DNA of 64,000 bases from a virus, in the UHGV virus genome UHGV-0039337; one strand, written 5' to 3'. Of the stretch, positions 41,501 through 49,295 are shown piece by piece. The position numbers and the translations under genes are program-made. Within the stretch, counting starts at the first letter, position 1; each line of letters starts with the position of its first letter. The notes below the pieces were generated by a model that saw only the letters and a list, made by a program, of their open reading frames with translations, was not told where the DNA came from and searched no databases.

Positions 41501-42040
41501 AATTTTAAATTCCCTAGCGCACTTGTAATGCATGAATACTATGGAACTGGAGTTACTTATTATAATATGTTCCAATATTGTGGTAGTTTATCTATAGTAA
41601 ATCTTAACATGTCTAAATTAGCAGATACTAATTCTAAAGCAGATTTTGGTAGCATGTTCTATGAAGATAAATATATTACAGAAATTCATGGATTAGATTT
41701 TGCTTATCTTAAAAAACCTATACGTAATTTTACTTCTAGTGGTCAAAGTCCTTACGATTGGCATGACACTTCTATTACATATGGTGGTACATATGAAAAC
41801 TTAACAACTTTAGATGTTACAGGTAAATTAACAACAAGCTATAACTTTAAAAATATTGCTACCATGGTTCATACTAAAGTTATTTTACGACACTTAGATA
41901 AAGTAACAAATGAAACATTAGGATTGACATATAATATAGTTGATGCCATAGATGATGAAAAAACAGAATCAGTAGATCAAGAATTAAAAGAATTAGCTAA
42001 TACAGCATTAAGCAATGGTTGGTCATTCATTATAGTATAA
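35591..42040 (+). CDS. giant multi-domain fibre/adhesin (2149 aa): Ig-like repeats, LamG/ConA-like jelly roll, CotH kinase-like domain, C-terminal BspA-type leucine-rich repeats
   Basis: TTAGGAGTTGA SD. LamG-like region about nt 36700-37350. CotH-like region about nt 37590-38650 (FLLYINGELAGVYDFNLDRYSYTAFG and WYFEFYDMDTAMGLDNTG fit the CotH pattern vNGey.GlY.l.E and D.D.tfG). From about nt 40540 to 41700 there are repeated units such as FEGCNKLKKIGTLDIS, AFFGCYTLTAINFETLEKVIYADAFLRNCYGLLSIHLP and FSSAFSGCTALKTITIEG, characteristic of BspA/TpLRR-type leucine-rich repeats. Confidence 0.6.
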   Translation: MPIKKKINGRWVNVTGSSTSTNNTKAINIGITDSLGFYDTDNVEGALAEIGNDLKNTNANIEKVAAELKDHKQNHPGGSGSSGGATLPTITSDFKTTTSDGKSNIEIPIFFTSPSLGDGTAYILVKNVEIATQQIQQGNNTIIVPPIGAGKNINISLYVKDRAGLISNQLTWLITAGGIEMTIITDTKADYDINNRIVISYTISCISNEDIYAHFEIDGKDNQVKSINGYNSYQLTGLTVGVHKISYWAESGDYKTTSKSFNLIIVNEDTLIVSTEFDSDKEYESGIPISIPYRVSITKDEDFTVKMYIDGNLDKTIVTRPTSLYWSITSLDIGNHTLKIEAINDSLNLSNSIEFACHVIEGEYTRVQPVMDASLLCWFDATDKTNNDSDRDVWTDKILGNKGYLHNFNYGSNGWITNDSTHTSELVMDGTCYVEIDMTPFKDNFKNGGTIELVFKVRDVGNVDARVLDITDTISPYKGIYIDTRDAYLATEARTTTASIGEDEYIHVMYEIDRTNKYAHVIVNGVITGSCKLSDSGIGTSAVLESIAHTQKIYLNSQKGTDLFGSCEIKHFRIYDRALSFDEILQNYLSTIEDIKVQKSKVDFNDPLKNIMPIMNITCDPELFSIMTDVNQIEVAMTYTSPNADLYGQTLTTATKCLMYWQGTSSKGYNIHNYNLYLRDDNRQPIAYSPYPNCIPQSLFCLKANLMESTNAHNVGLAGYVRKYLYTHNNPAQDADPRASRVIQGFPFLLYINGELAGVYDFNLDRYSYTAFGYDLPAHKNKCKVYEISANTNKTAGAFIPWSADTGVDEWTWYKNDFGGIYPESIQNSVNDDFTELKNLIKFVHDSNDEKFVTDFETYFDKESVIRYYLFVMVLGLVDSLGKNAKLVTYDGVKWYFEFYDMDTAMGLDNTGAVKFDVDIEMSMGKFNTAESTLWVRLDRLFHDDIVNEYNMMRNQNLTAEKIYECIFTDQIDKIPESQYNLSTQKKYLDTGEYIMMSNGNRYYGLKRWIKDRILYCDTLFNYTPSISDFITIRSGITGEAYIDIETYSPMYLTVRWRNVIDGTADQKLKIGRNQKVRFQAEGLNIPSNKDQEIIIYGAKHIKSFGQLDGLIPMYLYLNNATKLTNVECPNDSELLVAEIANCSYLQKVDFSGCSSLGTLEKYQVLDVSGCNNLRYLNAYGTVLTSISTNQSGGNLVEMYVPKTLQTLSLQNQYSLKVIGIPGASTLESTKLYDLKQNASNISSFTLINCPLVERLTYASDFTVNSNFFDNFTNERRSAELNYLTYTKNEWKRLMYWGNGLANCYNINIENSCHNIPSMSFRGISNLQSLKLRAMPGLKTLMLGANCCGYRYNNDPTYESNKYDTVGEFDWDTLSIIDCPNIEEFRIHEMYPYNWNEGSSGNLTYFTFKPGTESINLAAKFPNLKIFECNCATQNIHQIILPQSLKTIMTCAWNNRHDEGFPNEVKIEQFNIDSIYFEGEHEESYTGIDLGNHALQNVCIIAPYASELIGVNITNTHVNPIFNDLKEADNENRPFVTPNGRIDVSKFKWKNISDWFAYIDFTKGKCEVITPTNWKTFLVGIQKASRMFYHCTNPDFTWEFAMEFFSKINTYSDLSYMYQYAQLADQADFDTAAVVMENKYNIGGYNYNIKPFLGTNLKFVKSFTLTACDGAYATFSGCSSLIKVGDCKFTGSRSSTWGISYLFNNCIALEEVGNITSYANKNSSSTIPMDNTFEGCNKLKKIGTLDISVSSMNCAYYDCSVLEDNGLSLPYMGNCVDVRNAFFGCYTLTAINFETLEKVIYADAFLRNCYGLLSIHLPSINRDHPLQEFSSAFSGCTALKTITIEGDTLPIGLRNMSYAYSNCPSLTNVIPVPSDFVNDVDMSGCCSRCSSLTDDAIYKEIPFRVVNTNYMYERCNSLISPTVNLLCDNVTSKQMFRYCENMTSLTVNYNGRLLRDTTFFAEYCNRLQTVNFKFPSALVMHEYYGTGVTYYNMFQYCGSLSIVNLNMSKLADTNSKADFGSMFYEDKYITEIHGLDFAYLKKPIRNFTSSGQSPYDWHDTSITYGGTYENLTTLDVTGKLTTSYNFKNIATMVHTKVILRHLDKVTNETLGLTYNIVDAIDDEKTESVDQELKELANTALSNGWSFIIV

Positions 42041-42051
42041 GGAGTGATTAT

Positions 42052-42324
42052 ATGAGAGTATATAAAAACAGTTTAGGTATAACATGTATAGAACCAGCTG
42101 ATGGATATTTGCTAAGTAAGAACGGACAAACTTTTAAAAAAGCATGCTTAGGTAAAAATGATAGAGCTGAGTTATATACAGAAATAAAAAATGAAGATGT
42201 TGGACATGAAATTCAAAATACTACCTTTGATGTATCTGATAACATGATATTAATAAGTCCAAACGGAAAACGATTTAAATTAGTCGTCAATAACGATGGC
42301 TCATTAAGTACTAAAGAGATATAG
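42052..42324 (+). CDS. small hypothetical protein (90 aa)
   Basis: ATG 42052 after AAGGAGTGA (track start 42019 lies inside the previous gene). Confidence 0.4.
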   Translation: MRVYKNSLGITCIEPADGYLLSKNGQTFKKACLGKNDRAELYTEIKNEDVGHEIQNTTFDVSDNMILISPNGKRFKLVVNNDGSLSTKEI

Positions 42325-42330
42325 TATACA

Positions 42331-42355
42331 GGGCCGGATTAATTCCGGTCCTTTT
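42331..42355 (+). terminator. rho-independent terminator
   Basis: GGGCCGGA / TCCGGTCC stem (one G-U pair), loop TTAAT, then TTTT. Confidence 0.65.
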
Positions 42356-42409
42356 ATATGTATTTGTATTTTACGTAATTCTATTATAAATAATAATTTA
42401 AAGGAGGTC

Positions 42410-42535
42410 ATTACACCTACTAATAATTATAATCCAGCTACCAAGAAATATGTTGACGACAAATCAGTAATAATCGATACAGATTTAAATACTGCTATAG
42501 CTAATATATTTGGATCAGATTATTCTATCTTATAA
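42410..42535 (+). pseudogene. degenerate fibre-gene N-terminal fragment lacking a canonical start codon
   Basis: Perfect SD AAAGGAGGT at 42400-42408 but no ATG/GTG/TTG follows. The open frame reads ITPTNNYNPATKKYVDDKSVIIDTDLNTAIANIFGSDYSIL*. ATKKYVDD matches ATKKYVDN at the N-terminus of the 47228 fibre gene. Confidence 0.4.
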
Positions 42536-42545
42536 TAATATAAAT

Positions 42546-42572
42546 AGAGCCGTTTTATTCGGCTCTTTTTTA
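42546..42572 (+). terminator. rho-independent terminator
   Basis: AGAGCCG / CGGCTCT stem with 7-nt loop, then TTTTTT. Confidence 0.65.
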
Positions 42573-42573
42573 T

Positions 42574-42798
42574 GTAATTTTATTATAGAGATTAAAGTCT
42601 AAAGGAGGTCGTATGAAATTGCTGCTAATGACGACATAATAAAATCGTTATTAGATATTTTGGGATAAAAGAGATGCAAATATAATAGGTGCATCTATCG
42701 TTATTCAATTTACAGAAGTTACTATTTAAACTACAGATATTGAAGTAACTTCTATGTTAGATAAAATATTTACATAAATAATAAAAAGGAGTGCTAAA
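42574..42798 (+). other. non-coding stretch with a duplicated 5' leader/SD unit and frameshifted coding remnants
   Basis: GTAATTTTATTATAGAGATTAAAGTCTAAAGGAGGTC duplicates GTAATTCTATTATAAATAATAATTTAAAGGAGGTC (42374-42409). It is followed by a 9-codon micro-ORF (MKLLLMTT*) and short open stretches in three frames (..IAANDDIIKSLLDILG*, ..IGASIVIQFTEVTI*, ..TTDIEVTSMLDKIFT*). Confidence 0.4.
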
Positions 42799-44265
42799 AT
42801 GGCTAATACTAAATTAATAAATTGCGATCAACTTCAAATTTCATTACAGAAAGTTAAAGATTATGTAGATGGTAAGTTTGCAGTAGCTGATCATAATCAC
42901 AATAATGTTTATTATACGCAAACACAAATAAACAATAAAATAAATAATATTAATTCTGCAATAGGCGGTAAAGCTAATGCAACACATTCACATAAATCAA
43001 GTGATGTTACAACCATGGGAGGATATTCTAAACCAGATTCTACTGGTGCTATAGCTACTACTGATACTTTAAATGCTGCAATTGGTAAATTAGAAACAGC
43101 ATTAGATGGTAAATCTAGCTCTAGTCATAATCATAATGGGGTTTATTTACCTATAAATGGTACAGCAGCTAGCGCTACTAAATTAGCTACAGCTAGAACT
43201 ATAAATGGTATAGAATTTGACGGTACTAAAGCTATAACTATAACAGCTAACCCTAATGCTCATAATCAGGCTTCAAATACAATAAATGCAATGACAGGAT
43301 ATGCTATAGCTAAAGCTTCTGCAGCAATAGCTACTACAGATAGTTTAAATACTGCTATAGGAAAACTAGAATATGCAATAGGACAAAAACAAGCTAGTGG
43401 TTCTTATGCTTCAGCCAATCATAATCATGATAACAGATATTATACAGAAACAGAAATAAATACTAAAATATCTGATTTACAAACTGCTGATACAAATAAT
43501 TTAGCTAATGCTAAAGCATATACTGATGCTGCTATTGATAAAATAACCGGAGAAGGCGTATCGGAAGCTCTTGATACATTAAAAGAATTAGGAGATGCAT
43601 TAAATAACGATGCTAATTTTGCAAGTACTATGACTACTGCATTAGCTGGTAAAGCAGATTCAAACCATATCCATGATGTTGCTACAACTACTACTGATGG
43701 ATTTATGTCATCTGATATGGTAACTAAATTAAATGGCATAGCTAATAATGCTAACAATTATGTGCATCCAACTACTGTTGGTAATAAACATATTCCTGCT
43801 GGTGGAGCTACAGGACAATTTTTAGGTTATTCAGCTGCTGGCACTGCTCAATGGGTAGCTAATCCTAATACAGATAGCAAAGTAAATACTGCAGCAGATA
43901 CAACTAGTACTAAATTATATTTAACTGGTGCTACTGGAGCTACTACTGCTGGATTGAAATATAGTTCATCTATTTTCTTTAGTGCTAAAGATGGTACCAT
44001 AACTGCTTCAGGGTTTAATGGCAAAGCTACTAGTGCCGGTTCTGCCGATACTGCTTCTGCTTGTTCTGGTAATGCAGCATCTGCTAGTAAAGTAAATAGT
44101 TCATTAACTATACAATTTAATGGTGTTAATAATAAAACATTTAATGGTAGTTCAGCACAAACAGTTAATATAACTCCTGCTTCAATAGGAGCTGCTACAA
44201 CTGCCGATACTGCTAAAGCAACAGACAAAGAAGTAAGCGATATGCTAACTACTATTTTTGGATAA
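42799..44265 (+). CDS. tail fibre protein with Phage_fiber_2-type repeats (488 aa)
   Basis: AAAGGAGTGCTAAA SD. KLATARTINGIEFDGTKAITITA matches the tail-fibre repeat known from coliphage fibres (laTaRtinGvsFDGsaNit). Spaced HNHN / HSH / HNHNG / HNHD motifs. GEGVSEALDTLKELGDALNNDANFAS motif shared with the 47228 and 27034 genes. Confidence 0.6.
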   Translation: MANTKLINCDQLQISLQKVKDYVDGKFAVADHNHNNVYYTQTQINNKINNINSAIGGKANATHSHKSSDVTTMGGYSKPDSTGAIATTDTLNAAIGKLETALDGKSSSSHNHNGVYLPINGTAASATKLATARTINGIEFDGTKAITITANPNAHNQASNTINAMTGYAIAKASAAIATTDSLNTAIGKLEYAIGQKQASGSYASANHNHDNRYYTETEINTKISDLQTADTNNLANAKAYTDAAIDKITGEGVSEALDTLKELGDALNNDANFASTMTTALAGKADSNHIHDVATTTTDGFMSSDMVTKLNGIANNANNYVHPTTVGNKHIPAGGATGQFLGYSAAGTAQWVANPNTDSKVNTAADTTSTKLYLTGATGATTAGLKYSSSIFFSAKDGTITASGFNGKATSAGSADTASACSGNAASASKVNSSLTIQFNGVNNKTFNGSSAQTVNITPASIGAATTADTAKATDKEVSDMLTTIFG

Positions 44266-44320
44266 AATATTTTATTTATGAAGCGTATATTAAAATTATA
44301 AAAAAGAAAGGAGATATTAG

Positions 44321-46939
44321 ATGGCAAATAATAAAAATATTACATTTGATCAACTTCAAACTTCTCTTAAAAAAGTAAAATCAGCTATCGATGGTAAAGC
44401 AAATACCAGTCATGGAAACCATGTTCCTACTACTGGTACAACCGATAACGCTACATATTTAAGAAATGATAATTCATGGCATAAAATAGTGCCTTCAGAT
44501 ATAGGTGCAGCCCCTTCTGTTCATGGGACACATGTCACATATTCTACAACTGCTCCGTCAGCTCCTGGAACTGCTTCTGCAGGTACTGCTGATAATGTAT
44601 CAAGAGGAGATCACGTACATCCTCTTCAAACTACAATAAGCGGTAATGCCGGTAGTGCTACTAAACTTGCCAATGCTCGTAATTTAACTGTAGGAAATAC
44701 AAAAAAATCATTTAATGGTACAGCTGATGTATCATGGAGTTTAAATGAAATAGGAGCAGCTGCTTCTGGTCATACTCATAATTGTTTTGCAATTAAAGGC
44801 GAAAATACTATATCCGGTATTGCAAATGATACTACAGAAAAATGGAAAGATCATGGTAATTCTGTACACTGGTATACAAAAGCAAATCAAATAACAGGTC
44901 AGCCTTCTCCATATGGTTTCCTTACTAACTGGGCTTCAGGTGGAGACGTTCATCAATTATGGATGACACAAAGTTCTGGAAACATGTTTCATAGAGGTGG
45001 TAATAATGATGGATGGTATGGTACTTGGAGAACAATATTAGATGAAAATAATTTTACTGCTTATTCTCCTACGTTAAGTGGTGGAGGAGCAATGGGTATA
45101 TGGGCAATTAGCGTTACTGGTAACGCAGGTACAGCTACTAAACTTGAAGAATCAAAAACTATAAATGGAACTAGTTTTGATGGTTCTAGTAATATAACTA
45201 CTGCTAATTGGGGTACTGCTAGAACTATTACTATAGGAAATAAAAGCAAATCAGTTAACGGTTCTGCAAATGTATCATGGACATTAGATGAAATAGGTGC
45301 TTTTCCGTTAACTGGTGGTATGTTGAGTAGTGGAGTAGGTATTGTAAATACTTATGGCGAAGCATGGTTTGATATTGGAGCCAATGATACATATGTATAT
45401 AATAAAAATAGCAATAAATCATTACAATTAAAGCATACTGGTGAATTAGTTTATGACGAAACATTTATTTTAGCTAATGAAGACGAAGGCGGTAAAATAA
45501 CTATAAAATCTACTGCTAATAATAATAATACAACAAATTATGGTGTTGGCGGTAGTGATATATATATAGATAACGTTAAAACAGGTAAAGCTTTGCAATT
45601 AAAAAATGACGGAACATTAAGATATAATGATAATATAATTTTAGATTCTAGCAACTATTCTTCTTATACTACTAGAAGATGTTGCGTAGTAGGACAAACA
45701 GGAAACTCTACAAGTAAACCTTATTATCTATTTGCTTATATAATTGCAAATGGATCTAACATGGATAGAGAAATAACATTTAAAGTAAGCACAGGATATG
45801 ATAATATTAAAGCTTCTGGTATATTAAGAGCACATTTAAGAACTAATTCAAATAATTATGTACAGAATGCACAATTATATTGGGAATATGCTAATACTGG
45901 TATAGAAGAAAGTAATTTTATCTTAGCATATGGTACAGGAGTGAATCCTACAGTTGAATTATGGGTTAAATGTGATGTAGCTTGGATGATGTATCATTTT
46001 GAAGTAATACAAGAAATTGCAAGAGACGAACATTATTTAGATCCTAAATGGATGTTGCAAACTTGTTGTCAAGAAGGTTATGCTGATTCTCCTACTAGTG
46101 GATATACTCAAGTGCCTAGTACAATTTTACAATTAAAAAATAGTGCACAATATGCATCAGCACTAAATGATGTTCAATATGCATCAGCATTGGATAATGC
46201 TCAATATACATCAACATTAGATAATGATATACAAATAGAAATAAATCCTTCATCAGGTAATGATAATGTTGAATTAGCAGATGGTGCAGTATATAAAACA
46301 ATTGCAGGAGTACTAGATGCATTACCTAAATTTTTAAACGGTAAACGAGTAAATATCTGGATGCGTGCTGATATAACTGAAAATGCAGACTTTCAAAATT
46401 ATACTAGTGGACAAATAAAATTTTACCTAGATGGACACACATTATACGGATATATTAGAAACTATATGAGTAGTGTTAAAGTGACTGTATATGGTGGATG
46501 GCCAGGTACCGAAAAAGGACATGTTGGAATAATTCACCCACCTGTAGGATGCGCAGTTGCCGGAAGAACAGGTAGCTTTATTTCACAAGAAAACTCCTCA
46601 ATGGATGCTTATAGCGTAAAAATATATGGTAGTGATAATCTGAATTCTTCTGGAACTTCCAATACTGTTGGTGTTATAGGAGACTCGTTTGCTACAATCT
46701 ATACTGAAAATGTTCAGTTTGTAAATTGTGATATAGGATTTAGGGGAAGTACCGGTGCTAGAATACATGATGCGAATTCAAGCGGTGTATGTAGTCAATA
46801 TGGTTATCAAGTTACAAGCGGTGCTTTCATAACAATTGATAACGCTGCCCACTGCGGTGGCAAAACTGCAAATACTGACCAAACATTGCCAGGGCAAATA
46901 ATAGCACACGCTAGCGCTACATATGCAAGCGGTAATTAA
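44321..46939 (+). CDS. tail fibre protein (872 aa) with the same repeat family and a C-terminal distal domain
   Basis: AAAGGAGATATTAG SD. Repeats KLANARNLTVGNTKKSFNGTADVSWSLNEIGAA and KLEESKTINGTSFDGSSNITTANWGTARTITIGNKSKSVNGSANVSWTLDEIGA. Internal tandem QYASALNDV / QYASALDNA / QYTSTLDND repeats. Gly/Thr-rich C-terminal domain. Confidence 0.6.
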   Translation: MANNKNITFDQLQTSLKKVKSAIDGKANTSHGNHVPTTGTTDNATYLRNDNSWHKIVPSDIGAAPSVHGTHVTYSTTAPSAPGTASAGTADNVSRGDHVHPLQTTISGNAGSATKLANARNLTVGNTKKSFNGTADVSWSLNEIGAAASGHTHNCFAIKGENTISGIANDTTEKWKDHGNSVHWYTKANQITGQPSPYGFLTNWASGGDVHQLWMTQSSGNMFHRGGNNDGWYGTWRTILDENNFTAYSPTLSGGGAMGIWAISVTGNAGTATKLEESKTINGTSFDGSSNITTANWGTARTITIGNKSKSVNGSANVSWTLDEIGAFPLTGGMLSSGVGIVNTYGEAWFDIGANDTYVYNKNSNKSLQLKHTGELVYDETFILANEDEGGKITIKSTANNNNTTNYGVGGSDIYIDNVKTGKALQLKNDGTLRYNDNIILDSSNYSSYTTRRCCVVGQTGNSTSKPYYLFAYIIANGSNMDREITFKVSTGYDNIKASGILRAHLRTNSNNYVQNAQLYWEYANTGIEESNFILAYGTGVNPTVELWVKCDVAWMMYHFEVIQEIARDEHYLDPKWMLQTCCQEGYADSPTSGYTQVPSTILQLKNSAQYASALNDVQYASALDNAQYTSTLDNDIQIEINPSSGNDNVELADGAVYKTIAGVLDALPKFLNGKRVNIWMRADITENADFQNYTSGQIKFYLDGHTLYGYIRNYMSSVKVTVYGGWPGTEKGHVGIIHPPVGCAVAGRTGSFISQENSSMDAYSVKIYGSDNLNSSGTSNTVGVIGDSFATIYTENVQFVNCDIGFRGSTGARIHDANSSGVCSQYGYQVTSGAFITIDNAAHCGGKTANTDQTLPGQIIAHASATYASGN
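46145..46228 (+). repeat. three tandem ~30-nt coding repeats inside the 44321 gene
   Basis: caatatgcatcagcactaaatgatgtt / caatatgcatcagcattggataatgct / caatatacatcaacattagataatgat. Confidence 0.6.
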
Positions 46940-47227
46940 ACGACCGATAGTACTTCAGCCTAATACTTATTGCGACTAAGATTACTATAATTAAATCTAA
47001 TAATGGTATTATAAAAGGAGTTTTAATATTCAATCTACCTATATAATGCAGCAAACTATGCAGTATATTCTGGTAGCTTAACAATGAAAATTACTTACAC
47101 AGAATAATGTTTAGTTAAATTAACTAAGCAAAGTAATAATATATATGAATGCAGTAATAGGATTAGTCAAATATTAGCTAGTCCTATTATTATGTATATA
47201 TTATTTACAGAGAAAAGGAGAAATATA

Positions 47228-47767
47228 ATGGCAAATTTAACATTTCTAGAAGCATTAAATAAATCATTAATTGCTACTAAAAAATATGTTGATAACTCAG
47301 TAGCTGGAATAGTGGATTCAGCGCCAGAAACTTTAAATACTTTAAAAGAATTATCTACAGCTTTAGGAGATGATCCTAATTTTGCTACTACTGTTGCAAC
47401 TAATATAGGAAAAAAAGTAGATAAAATAGAAGGGAAAACATTAACAGCTAATGATTTAACAAATGAATTAAAAGCTAATTACGATGCTGCATATGCTCAT
47501 AGTCAAGTGGCACATGCTCCAGCTGATGCACAAAAAAATAGTGATATAACTAAAGATGAAATAGAAGCTAAATTAACTGGTGATATAAGTTCTCATACAC
47601 ATAGCCAGTATTTAACAGAACATCAAAATTTGGATGAATATGCTCCTAAGAAATATGTGGATGATAAAATGGCAAATTTAAGTATAGTAAAAATATCTAA
47701 AACTGATTTTGAAGCATTAACTACAAAAGATGCTAATACTTTATATTTAGTATTAGAAGATTCATAA
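47228..47767 (+). CDS. short tail fibre protein (179 aa)
   Basis: ATG 47228 after AAAAGGAGAAA (track start 47192). PETLNTLKELSTALGDDPNFATTVATNIGKK and a C-terminal TDFEALTTKDANTLYLVLED are typical short-fibre motifs. SSHTHSQY is an HxH motif. Confidence 0.5.
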   Translation: MANLTFLEALNKSLIATKKYVDNSVAGIVDSAPETLNTLKELSTALGDDPNFATTVATNIGKKVDKIEGKTLTANDLTNELKANYDAAYAHSQVAHAPADAQKNSDITKDEIEAKLTGDISSHTHSQYLTEHQNLDEYAPKKYVDDKMANLSIVKISKTDFEALTTKDANTLYLVLEDS

Positions 47768-47792
47768 AACCGAATTTAAAGGAGAGGTTTGA

Positions 47793-49295
47793 ATGGCAAC
47801 ATTAAAAATAAAACCGTCATCTTACACTACAAACAAATGGAAAAATATAGAAAAAATGTATGATAATGATACCAGTACATACGCATCATGCACTGTTAAC
47901 TTGACTACTAATGATCTATCATGTGATCTTCATATAACTAAACCTTCCCTACCCGATTATTACATTATTAATAACATAAAATTACATTTAGTAGCAAGAG
48001 GTAAAACAATGACAAATGATGGAGGTCATTGGCTTAGAATATATATAAATGAAACTAATCAAATATCAGATTTACATTTAGGATTTTGTGATGGTATTGA
48101 ATATGATATACCATTAACAATAGATCAATATAATCAAATGAATGAAAATAATAGTATGAAATTAACAGCACATAGGGCCAACTCTAGAACTAACATTAAT
48201 ATTTATATATTTGATTTTTATATTGAAATAGATTATACCGATTTAAGTCAAACTATGATAACTGATACAAACGACGATATTTGGATTTATAAAAATGGAA
48301 CAATTACTATAGATATTAATGCTTATCCTAAAACATTAATAAATTGGTCAGTTGATAATCCAAATATAATAGATTTACAACTTATATCCAATGGATTTTC
48401 ATGCAATATAACAGGTAAAGCTGTAGGAGAGTGTATTGTAACTGCAGTTCATTCAGAAAATAGTGAATGTAAAACTCAATTCAAGATTAATGTTAATAAA
48501 TTAATTGAAAATAATTATTGCTCTTTTATATTAAATAACGTTACTTTGAATCATATTATGATAGGGGAACAAAATGTTGCTTTTGTTTATCTTGGAAACA
48601 CTAAAGTATTTGAATATAAAACTCATATACCATACAGTGAGTTTAAATTTAACACTTTAACAAAAGACTTTACCATGCCTTTATACACTAGATTAACTTC
48701 TCAAACATATACAAAAGCATATATAGATCGTCTTGATGGACATATACGTAATTATGCTGCAGCTCCTCCTGGCGAACTTGAGGAAGACGATAGTTCAATA
48801 GCAACAGTAGATTATATACCAGTATATGATAATGAAGAAATAATATTTAATTATCCATCGACTGAATATGGTATAGGATTATGTAGCTATACTGGAATTC
48901 ATGAATATTATAAAACATGGTTTGGTCCTGATAAAGGTTGGGGTAATTACAATATGAGTGATTCTGGTGGAGACGTAACCGGTACTACAACGACATGTAT
49001 TATTCCTGAAGGAGCTAAATACATAAGATGGTGTGGCAACAATATGACTGGAGAACAAATATTTGCTAGACGATATAGCGTACAAAATATCGATTTAATA
49101 CCTTATCCTCCAAATAGTACATATACTTTTAATACAGAATATAAATCTAGCGATGAGTCTGTAGCTGTAATTGAAGGTTCAATGATACGTGCTAAATCTG
49201 CTGGTAATTGCATTATAACTGTTACGCATGGTCAAATTAGTACAAATATTAATTTAACTATAATAGATAATAGCAATGATTTCACAACATATTAA
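47793..49295 (+). CDS. tail protein with C-terminal Big_2 (bacterial Ig-like) domain (500 aa)
   Basis: AAAGGAGAGG SD. C-terminus SDESVAVIEGSMIRAKSAGNCIITVTHGQISTNINLTII fits Big_2. A second Ig-like segment lies around WSVDNPNIIDLQLISNGFSCNITGKAVGECIVTAV. Confidence 0.5.
   Translation: MATLKIKPSSYTTNKWKNIEKMYDNDTSTYASCTVNLTTNDLSCDLHITKPSLPDYYIINNIKLHLVARGKTMTNDGGHWLRIYINETNQISDLHLGFCDGIEYDIPLTIDQYNQMNENNSMKLTAHRANSRTNINIYIFDFYIEIDYTDLSQTMITDTNDDIWIYKNGTITIDINAYPKTLINWSVDNPNIIDLQLISNGFSCNITGKAVGECIVTAVHSENSECKTQFKINVNKLIENNYCSFILNNVTLNHIMIGEQNVAFVYLGNTKVFEYKTHIPYSEFKFNTLTKDFTMPLYTRLTSQTYTKAYIDRLDGHIRNYAAAPPGELEEDDSSIATVDYIPVYDNEEIIFNYPSTEYGIGLCSYTGIHEYYKTWFGPDKGWGNYNMSDSGGDVTGTTTTCIIPEGAKYIRWCGNNMTGEQIFARRYSVQNIDLIPYPPNSTYTFNTEYKSSDESVAVIEGSMIRAKSAGNCIITVTHGQISTNINLTIIDNSNDFTTY

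Noticed and set aside
43848-44327. 159-aa minus-strand ORF (and the other short minus-strand ORFs listed in the track, e.g. 61771-62196, 43440-43757, 50144-50518)
   Set aside because: All lie entirely inside long, well-supported plus-strand genes. They have no SD and encode low-complexity Leu/Ala/Val-rich or Ile/Phe-rich peptides typical of antisense read-through of Ala/Thr-rich or AT-rich coding DNA.
22680-49295. Diversity-generating retroelement targeting the fibre genes
   Set aside because: No ORF on either strand shows reverse-transcriptase motifs, and I could not find a long template/variable repeat pair differing mainly at adenines. The paralogous tips differ throughout, not in an A-specific pattern.
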